Positions 8,814 through 17,375 of a stretch of 17,375 nucleotides of DNA are shown in pieces. Under the pieces are notes generated by a model, which was not told the origin of the DNA, searched no databases, and saw only the letters and a program-made list of their open reading frames with translations. Source of the stretch: Zygophlyctis sp. KS116 (lineage: Eukaryota > Fungi > Chytridiomycota). Each line of letters begins with the position of its first letter. Position 1 is the first letter of the stretch. Made by a program: the position numbers and the translations under genes. The DNA lies in assembly GCA_054661495.1 (NCBI GenBank), contig BAAFSQ010000211.1, forward strand, positions 1 to 17,375, given 5' to 3'.

Positions 8814-11800
8814 ATGGAATTCACTGATTGGAAAGAGTCTTTACAAAGGAAAAAATGTAAGAATTGTAGAGGAAGATGCAAGGAAAACATAAATTGCTTG
8901 ATAGCTTATAATCGGGAAATCATTGATTTGGAAGAGTACATTCATCAGGGACTCAAACATTTTGGAGTCTCAAGGGAAATGGAAACGGGGAAAAGAATGG
9001 GAGTTATTGGCCTAAGAAATTTAGGAGCTACTTGTTATCTTAATACTCTATTGGAGAATTGGTTTTATTTAGAGTCTTTTAGAGATGGAATTTTGACGTT
9101 TAATGGGACTGTAAGACTCAATTTATTAACGACAAAAAGGATCCGATTATATATGAATTACAAAAGGCTTTTCTATATTTAAAAGAGTCTAAAAGATCAA
9201 GTTACAATCCAAAGAGTTTTATTGATTCAATGAATTTGGATTACTCTGTGCAACAGGATGTTCCAGAATTTACAAAATTATTATTATCAAAATTAGATTA
9301 TGCATTTCAAGAATCAGATGATTTAAAAGGATTTGTAGATTTGCATTTTAAAGGGCATTTAGTCTATCAAACAACTTGTATGAATTGTAAAAAAGTTTCT
9401 CCTAGAAATGAAGAGTTTTTAGAGCTGGAATTGTCTCTAACAGACTCATTAAATGAATCTTTTCAGAAATTATTGTCAAAAGAACTCTTGACAGATTCAA
9501 ATATGTACGCTTGTGGGAATTGTTCAAGTCTTCAAGATGCAATAAGAGAAATTAAGTTGAAATCTCTTCCATCAGTACTAAATATTCAATTGTTAAGATT
9601 TGTGTTTGATACAAAGACATTTACTAAAAAGAAATTAAAGACTAAAACAAGATTTACAAAAACATTGGATTTTAGTGGAATGGTTCAAGGGGAGTCACAA
9701 GATTTGGTTTATGATTTACATGCGGTTTTATTACATAGAGGCCAAAGCGCGAATTCTGGGCATTATGTAATAAGAGTCTTTAATCAAGAGTAAGTTTAGT
9801 AGATTATGATATAATAGAGACAATAGCTGGTATGATTTAGATGATGATACGGTTACAAAAATGGAAACTGTTTCTTTTGAACTTTATTCAGGTTTGACTT
9901 CTGGAGAGTCAACTAGAAAAAATGCAGTCAAGAAAACCAGTACAAATTTGGAAAATGATGAATATGAATCATCATCTGTGTATGTTCTCACGTATGTTAA
10001 AAGGTCCTTTAAAAATCAAACAAAGTCATCAGATGTGGATATTAGTTCAAAACTTTTGATGGATTTAGAGGCTGATAACAAGGAATTTGAAAATAGAATG
10101 GTGGAATATAGCAATTCAAAAAATGCATTATCAAACGAGTATACAAGGAAATTTAATTCTTTTACCGATTTGGTTAAGTCTCAGGATTCAACATGTGACA
10201 CAGGTCCAAGCGTGTTTGTGGATGCTAATCTTCTGAAAATATTGATTAAGGATGAATTCAAATGTTACGAACCCATCGAAACTAAATTACCGTCTAGTTT
10301 AAACCTTTTCCAGACAACAACGGCTTGTTGCAAACATGAATTGGTAAGAGTTGATTCTATATACAATTTAAAGCTAATATCCCGCAAATATCTCACACTA
10401 TTGGAAGGCATGGGATGTACAGTATGTCCTTTATTATCCGTGGATGATATTTGTGAAAGCTGTTTTAATGAACAAATGATGCAAAAAAATAATTCTAAAG
10501 ACCATTTAAAGCATATTTCAGTCTTCAAATCTAAATCTAAAAAAGGAGATTCTGGTGATTATCTAATTTCCAAAGCATGGCTACAAGGTATAATAGCATT
10601 TGAATAATTTTGTCAAGAATGGAAGCGTAAGGTGCCCAGATTTGCTTCTGAGGAGGGAAATTATCCTGGTCCCTTTGACGAGCCATATCGATATGATGTT
10701 TTTTGTGAGCACGGTGGGATTAAGTTTGATCAGGAAAAAGCAACTTGGATATCTCGTGAAACTTTTGAATATCTACAAAGTCTGTTTCCCAAAATCGAAA
10801 GAGTTCAAAACGATCATCCGACATGTTTGGAATGTTCATCGGCATTAGAATCAGGCAGAAAAATAAAAAAGGAACTCCAACTACAAAAGGTAAATACAAT
10901 GTGTTGAAAATAGAATATATTTCCAACTTTATACAATTCAAACCAAATTAGCATTCTTTCAGGCGAAAATTATAGTTTGATCTCTTCAGGTATTTCGATC
11001 AAATGCTAAACAAAAGAATTCAGAACCAGATGGGTAGAATATATGCAAGGAAATCTGAGTATCCCGCCTCAGATTGACAACTCTGCATTATTATGTAGTG
11101 TACATAATCTTTTACTGTTTGATATGGAATTAGATCGAGACAATGAATCCTTTGTTCTTGTTCCTGAAAAAGAATGGATTGATTTGAAATCGTTTTATGA
11201 AGGAGGTCCAGAAATTTCGGTATGTTCTGTCTTAGGAGATGATTCATTTTTCACCAGCATCAGTGTTTGCCAGAAATGTAGAAATGAGAGGTGAATTCCG
11301 TATAATTTCTAATTTGGTAGAATATCAGATTATAAAGACGCTATTATTATCGTTCAAAATATAACTGGGAAAAAAATGAATTATATAACCGATTCATCAA
11401 AAACTGAAAGTTGTAATTCAGAATTTGAAGACCAGGAACAGAATACTTCAAGCCAATCCAAAGGGAAAAAGAAAAATGTTAGAAAAGAATCAATTATCAA
11501 AAAGCGATTTAAAATTGATGATGATTCAACTCCTCGTCGCCAAAGTAAAAGAATACGCAATACCGACCTTTTTGAGGTTAAAATTCAAAAGTCTATGACA
11601 TTGAGAAAACTTAAACTGAAGGTAATAATCTTGATTTTTACTTTTAGATCATGTCCCTAGTTACAGCATCGCCCAGTTATCAAAAACTTTGCCTTAATGG
11701 AAAAGTACTTGATGATGATGAAAAAACTATGGATTATTATTCAATCAAACCCAATGATATTTTAACTATGGAAATTCTAGAGGAGGATGAATCAAATATT

Positions 11801-12004
11801 AAAGCTTTTTGCCCAGAAGCTGGATTTTCTGGCACAGGACTCCTCCAGCCTATGCCCGACCGTGATGGTATAATGTCTGATAATCTTTCTATGATAGATA
11901 CATCAGTATTGATATGGGAATGCCAGCAGTGTACATTTTTGAATACAAACAGAGAGACCTGTGAAATGTGTAATCTAGATCGCATTGATGTCATTTCGGA
12001 TTGA
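8814..12004 (+). CDS. USP48: USP48-like ubiquitin carboxyl-terminal hydrolase (USP + DUSP-like repeats + UBL + C-terminal NZF), about 998 aa
   Basis: N-terminal CRGRCKENINCL, Cys box GLRNLGATCYLN, QQDVPEF, His box VLLHRGQSANSGHY|..WYDLDD, DUSP-like ISKAWLQEWKR / CEHG / LLCSVHNLL, UBL LKLKIMSLVTASPSYQKLCLNGKVL, and PEAGFSGTGLL. Introns 9111-9139, 9790-9817, 10588-10617, 10890-10913, 10990-11016, 11291-11320 and 11622-11647 (29, 28, 30, 24, 27, 30, 26 nt) give one continuous frame. Confidence 0.88.
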
Positions 12005-12141
12005 TTATTTAATTATTAGATCATCGTCGTTTTTTGTTATTAGATTAATTAGTCTCATTTATTTGGAATTGAAGCAATAATAGTATCTTTTAGATTTATT
12101 ATTGATAAAACTATAAAATCGGACACGCCAAACAATTTCCC

Positions 12142-12751
12142 ATGCGTTATCCAGCAACTCCTCCCGCAACTTCCCCCATAAGCCAAGATCAAGATCAGCA
12201 ATTTTCTCAGCTCAAGGAAAGATATAAAGGATGCCATGCCTGCGGTGTTTATAGCACTCCTCTATGTATTTTTCTACTTCTTAATATCAGGGCGAAGGGG
12301 GCCATTTGGACTAAAGACGCTTTGTAACTCTTGCGGTTTGAAATATTCGCAGGGGAAATCATTTCTAGTGAGGTCAAACACTGCATTGGCTGCTGCAGGA
12401 TTTGATGGTGAAATGATCAATAAATCAGTCAAAGTTCATCAACGAATGTACATCAAGGATGAGGATGAGCCAAATGTTATTTTAAGAAAGCAATTCAGCC
12501 CAAGAGGTAATGTTCTAGGCCAAACTTTGATGCTCAATAAAACGGCAAAACAATTGTTTCCTGCAAAACGATTTCTTGATAAGAATAGATTGACAAGGGA
12601 AAAGCGGCTGAATCTTTTGCTTGAAGAGGACTCTGAAGAAGAGACATTGGATGATCATGGGATTCTAGATGAATTTGTAAAGTCTGTGCATAAGAGAAGA
12701 AGTAAATCCGGACCATCATCTAGGCGTTCGGACAATGGCTTCTCATCATAA
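12142..12751 (+). CDS. GATA-type zinc finger transcription factor (C-x2-C-x18-C-x2-C), 194 aa
   Basis: Intron 12266-12290 (25 nt) splits the Trp codon and restores CHACGVYSTPLWRRGPFGLKTLCNSCGLKY. Confidence 0.9.
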
Positions 12752-12788
12752 AATATAAATATAAATCCATATCGACTTTTTAAGTACA

Positions 12789-15700
12789 TTAATATCTTCG
12801 ATTGGGATAGTCTGTGGTATTTTTGCTAAATCTATCGCCGTTTCTATCCATAGCTCCACGAACCTCATCTCCATAAGATACCGAGTTATCTAAAACCAAA
12901 TCATAAAACTCATCTTTCAGGCCAAATGAGTGAAGAATATGAGCTAAATTCGGCACTTGAGAGTATAGATCTATCATATTTAATCTTAAACAGAAACCTA
13001 CCGCTTGAAAACTCTACTTGAAGATTTGAACAATTCCAATAATCCTTCCAGCGTTTCATATTTGATAAGACGTATCTTAGGCTATTATCTTGAGCCCCTC
13101 CATTCCTTGATTTATTTGATGTATGAGTAAATGAAGCTAAAACGTCCAACATGCTGGACAATGTCGCTTCTATAGCTACGAATCCATGTAGGTGGTATAG
13201 CTTGCATAAAACAGAGTAAAATAATTCTTCATGTTTCATTGGACAAAGAAATACTGCTTGTAAATTTGGCTCATTCAGGTTGCATTGGATTATAAACCCA
13301 CATAACCCAGTTGCTGCTTCGGGATGCTCTACAATTTAAAAAGTTCTTCTTACGATCAGCCTGAATTCCAGCTAATGTATGTGAAATGATTATACTAGCA
13401 GAATCTTTATGAGAACACTCCGCTTGAAGTAACTGCCAAATAGCGATTTGCTCAAAGGTTCCCCATGACCATGAGCTTTCTTGCTGTTAAAAAACTCAAA
13501 CATTACCCAAAATCTGCAGCATTTGATCGTTAGTTCCAAATAGAGAGAAAGTTCCTAACAATAATTGTTGATAAAAACTTTGTAGCTTTTCATTAATAAA
13601 TCTATCAATTACCCCAAAAGGATCTAAAAATTTAATCACCAAATCAACCAATTTCAGATTCCCCGCACATAAATGTGGTAAATTCGTAAAAGCATATGGT
13701 ACGATTCTATGAAAAAGAAGAAGAGATCGTTCATACAAACTCTAGAGTATTTTAAAATCTACGATTAAAGTACCACAAAGCAATTTTCAAAATATGATGC
13801 GACACTTGGAGCATCCAATTTTTTAGCAATTCGATCAAAGAACCAAAACATTCTACTTTCCATCTTTTTATCCCCAGAACATTGCCTTTGTGTTAGAAAG
13901 TAGTTTATATGTACATTATCAGTTCTACCCATAAAGCCAGACCAAATAATCCAATTTTTTCCGATAAGAAGAAGATAAACTTGATCAAATTATCTTGGAA
14001 TTGAACAGGTACTTCATATTCTATTATAGCAGTCAGGAATGCTTTTGCAATCTGATTGTCTGCCTTATCTTCAATGTAATTCGATAAAGAGTTTGAAATT
14101 CTTGAAAACTTATTTATCCACTCGGGATTCGCATTTACAACCTATCAGGTAAATTTTAGTGATCAACCTTTTCACAATAAACAGTTAAATATTGCTCAAA
14201 ATATTTACTGCTGTCAGATTCAGTGATATTAGGATCACATGCTTTTATCAATAGTCGTTCCAAGGCTGCAATATTAGATATCTAAAAATATACTCGTTTC
14301 GATTGATCCACTTAGCTCGGGTGCAACTACCACATTCAAATTTCTTGTATTGTTTGAAGACTGAAACAAAAAGTTTTTGAATGGAGCACCTGAAAACAAA
14401 TAATCAATATAGTTTGCGATTCTATCATAATTAGGATCACTCTGAGATATCTTGTATTCCCCAACAGTCCTACTATTAACGACCCAAAATAATTTACTTT
14501 ATGATTTTCTTATTGAGTAATTCAATGTGAGCACTTTTGATATGACTTCTTATACTATCTTTTTTGTTAATTGCATATTCTTCCGCCATAAGATACAAAA
14601 ATTCCAAAAGAGTAGCTGTAAGATAAGAAGTTTCTGCTGTCTGAGCAGAGTCAGACATAATGAGGGCTGCCGGTTCTAAAAGAGTTATATGTTAAAATAT
14701 CATACCTAATCGATGATACGTATCGATTTCTTCAGTAAAAAATAGCCAATCATAAAACAATGCAAGTTTAGCATTTTGAGCAACAATTTCATTTTTAATG
14801 CTTAAAAGTAAATTTCTAATTACTTCCCAGCGTTGCAAATATTTTGGATGATCCGTAACTTCTCTTCTAAAATCAAGTGCACAAATATAACGTATAATAT
14901 CTGGAATCAACCATTCAGATTCCGGTGTTGAGAGATAAGTTTTCTTAAATCTAAACAAAAACGTCCATCCAACCGTTTTCGGCTGTCCATCAAGTATAAA
15001 GTAAAGTTTTGACTCCATATTTGGAGTTAGACGTACATTTAACATTTCGACTGCCGAAGGTCTTCCAAAAAACTGAACTTCAATACTATTAAATCTAGGA
15101 CATAACCTTTCTGGAGCTCTATGCATATCTCTCCATAATGATTCAAATTCATGTAATTTAATTACATCCTGAATTGCTCTAATAAAATCCCGACCCATAT
15201 CCAAACAATGTCCAAACTATCACTTTTAAAACCTTGATATTTTTACATGACTTCTAACTAATCTTATACAAATCCTAATTTCTATTGCCTGAATTGCTTC
15301 TCTCTTCCTATGATCTGGTATAAGCCTTGCTAAAGCATATATAAGAACTCGAATAAGAAAAGGATCTTGTATCCACGAACTTTTTGATTATACTATTGAT
15401 AAAATTACAAATTATTTTCAATCAATTGCAAAACATCATGTACTAAATTCATATTCTCAACATGATCTGAACCTCCTATAATTATTTAATTGAAGATCTA
15501 CCTTTAATCTGCCTGATTAGAAAAATAATTGCATTATTCAGAGATGGATGCCTATGATCCGTATCTCTTTGAAGTAATTTTGAAAGAATCCAAAATAATC
15601 TTCGCTTAACAATCGGAAGCAATTTATAGAAAACGGCATGTCCTGCTAGATAAACAATTTTATGAATTATCGATTCGTAATCCGGATGCGTTGCTTCAAT

Positions 15701-15937
15701 CAGCGACCAGTCTATATTTGGATCGGCAATCTCATTTGTCATGATCCGATGAAAAAGTCCATTCAGAACCATTTGCGGATTATTTGGATAAACTTCCAAA
15801 ATCTCTGCGACTGTAAAATCATTTCCAAATGTAAGATTAAACTGATTCACAGATTCATACAGATCCAAATCGATCATATCCTTTTCATCAAAGTCCCTGA
15901 TGCAAAAGAGCTTTAGAATCGGCTTTTCGACAGCCAT
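12789..15937 (-). CDS. INTS3: Integrator complex subunit 3 / SOSS-A homolog, about 936 aa
   Basis: MGRDFIRAIQDV, RLTPNMESKLYFI, DIIRYIC, NAKLALFYDWLFF, LEPAALIM, TATLLEFL, WGTFEQIAIWQLL and HPEA follow INTS3. Twelve introns: 15476-15501, 15380-15408, 15217-15246, 14676-14705, 14473(or 14470)-14497, 14266-14293, 14142-14167, 13886-13914, 13742-13773, 13480-13506, 13329-13353 and 12971-13001. The spliced length is 2811 nt in one frame. The last intron is the least certain; without it the stop is at 12910. Confidence 0.88.
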
Positions 15938-16152
15938 TTTTCAATCGTTTAGGGGAACGGTTAAAGTCAGGTCAAATGGCATCTAGTTTATTAATCATGA
16001 CTTTCTAGTAGAGCTTCTGGATTAATTCCAAATAGTATCTGTTTACAATATAGCTTCCAATCTTGCGCACTAGAATTTAGAATTTTACAACTGTTGAGCC
16101 AAGTGCAAGATGCGATCGCAAGAAGACGTAATCTGTGTTAAAATGACGTTTC

Positions 16153-17181
16153 ATGAGACTTTTAAAGTTATTAATCATTATTATACTATTCTGGAATCTC
16201 CCATTCCTTCTGTTTAGGATTTACAAGTCCGGAAAGCTACAGAGTTGGTTTAGGCCTAAATTTCCCACCAGAAAACCCTCAACCAATGTCCCAGGCCTAG
16301 GGCAATTACCAAGTGAAGTACTGTTAAAGATATTACTATACTGTGGAATCCTTGAAATATATAGGGTTGGCTCTTGTAGCAAAAGCCTTTTCCAGCTAAC
16401 AAGAGATGAAATTCTTTGGGAGAAGAAGTTTTATTGGGATTTTCACTCAAAACTTGCTTTTCGGAAATTGTATTTAAATTATAAAAATCTATACAAATCT
16501 AGATATTTACTCACTGAATCGATCGCAGATAGGGATTTAAGGCTTGGGTTAAAAGGGATTTTGGACTCGGAATTTCATTTAGGGCTGGTAAGGACTTGGC
16601 ATTTACTGTTGATTCCTTTAAAGGTTTTCGGTTTTCTATCCTTGCCACTCTTTTACATATTTCAACAAACTAGACCTAGGCTTTCTCCGTCTATTTCTAG
16701 TACAAGGTTCTTTATGCATGATTTGGTAATGTATGCAACAAAATGTCTGGATTTTACAACTTATCACTTGTTGTTTCTTTTAAATATTTTCAGCATGATT
16801 TTGATTATTTCAGATGGACTCGCATGTATCTTTTATGTTTTCAGTTGGATTTTGTTTGAGGCGCATCAAAGGTTTTCTGGGAAATCGCAAATATTGGTGT
16901 CGCTCCTATTTATCTTTGTTCAAATTATTATTTTGCTTATTCCATACATGGTATATCTCTCACAACATTTAGGCAATTCTATACTATTGATGATGTATTT
17001 TCTCTGGATACCTACTTTATGCTCATTGTCAGAATTTAATACGCTTCTTTTCTTTTCTACATCTTTAGGGCCTTATTGTAAGAACTGGGCGTTTTTATGT
17101 CAGTGCGTGTTTGGTATAGAAGCCTACTTTATATTCTTGGGGGTGTCTGTGATTCAAGGTATTGGGGAATTTGGATCGTAA
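16153..17181 (+). CDS. F-box protein with N-terminal and multiple C-terminal hydrophobic (TM) segments, 342 aa
   Basis: F-box motif LGQLPSEVLLKILLYCGILEIYRVGSCSKSLFQLTRDEILWEKKF. Hydrophobic N-terminus LLKLLIIIILFWNLPFLLF, and several long hydrophobic stretches in the C-terminal half. Confidence 0.78.
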   Translation: MRLLKLLIIIILFWNLPFLLFRIYKSGKLQSWFRPKFPTRKPSTNVPGLGQLPSEVLLKILLYCGILEIYRVGSCSKSLFQLTRDEILWEKKFYWDFHSKLAFRKLYLNYKNLYKSRYLLTESIADRDLRLGLKGILDSEFHLGLVRTWHLLLIPLKVFGFLSLPLFYIFQQTRPRLSPSISSTRFFMHDLVMYATKCLDFTTYHLLFLLNIFSMILIISDGLACIFYVFSWILFEAHQRFSGKSQILVSLLFIFVQIIILLIPYMVYLSQHLGNSILLMMYFLWIPTLCSLSEFNTLLFFSTSLGPYCKNWAFLCQCVFGIEAYFIFLGVSVIQGIGEFGS

Positions 17182-17249
17182 ATTTCTCTTGGGTGGCAGA
17201 AACCTTCAAGGAATAAAATCAATCCATTATCTTTTGGACATGTAAACGT

Positions 17250-17375
17250 TCAAATCAGCGATTTTACTTTTGCATCTCTACCAGAAAAGAATTTGTGGTC
17301 ATGATCATAGATTTCTGAACCCCGTAAAGTCGTTTCAGAATCTACGGGTCTTTGAATAACCGAATTCTTTGTAAA
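17250..17375 (-). CDS. Probable 3' end of a gene entering from the right edge
   Basis: The minus frame is open from the window end: FTKNSVIQRPVDSETTLRGSEIYDHDHKFFSGRDAKVKSLI* (TGA at 17252-17250). No recognisable motif. Confidence 0.35.
   Translation of the reverse strand, partial: FTKNSVIQRPVDSETTLRGSEIYDHDHKFFSGRDAKVKSLI

Noticed and set aside
8638-8892. 84-aa plus-strand ORF bridging TPR-SET and USP48
   Set aside because: It overlaps both genes in another frame and has no motif; probably chance.
10265-12719. Short alternative-frame or antisense ORFs over USP48 and GATA (10265-10528, 10600-10848, 10720-10941, 11020-11247, 11737-11994, 12055-12237, 12534-12719)
   Set aside because: Explained as shadows of the spliced genes.
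15662-16450. ORFs 15662-15916 (+) and 16256-16450 (-)
   Set aside because: Antisense to INTS3 exon 1 and the F-box gene, with no independent support.

Overview
AT-rich, extremely gene-dense eukaryotic nuclear DNA, probably from an early-diverging (zoosporic, chytrid-like) fungus. That assignment is an inference from gene content (SAH1, GPN2, PAM16, MIC10, SFT2, a USP48-like DUB and INTS3) and from tiny GT-AG introns. The ORF track is fragmented because genes are split by ultrashort introns. By hand I could rebuild 15 complete genes plus 2 partial ones, joined across 33 introns that are all 24-32 nt long. In order: a GPI-type 8-Cys surface protein (partial), BET1, APQ12-like, MPP6-like, MTQ2/N6AMT1, SAH1, GPN2, PAM16, SFT2, MIC10, a cupin, a TPR-SET protein, USP48-like, a GATA factor, INTS3, a membrane F-box protein, and a partial gene at the right edge. 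The most notable features are architectural. (1) 3' splice sites appear to be chosen by distance: essentially the first AG 24-25 nt or more from the donor, including AAG/GAG acceptors that bypass a CAG at 23 nt. (2) Divergent genes have almost no intergenic DNA, including SFT2/MIC10 sharing one CATG and a 25-nt GPN2/PAM16 gap. (3) Two pairs of convergent CDSs overlap at their 3' ends. No RNA genes, mobile elements or CRISPR arrays were supported. All gene models are manual, with no database search or RNA evidence.
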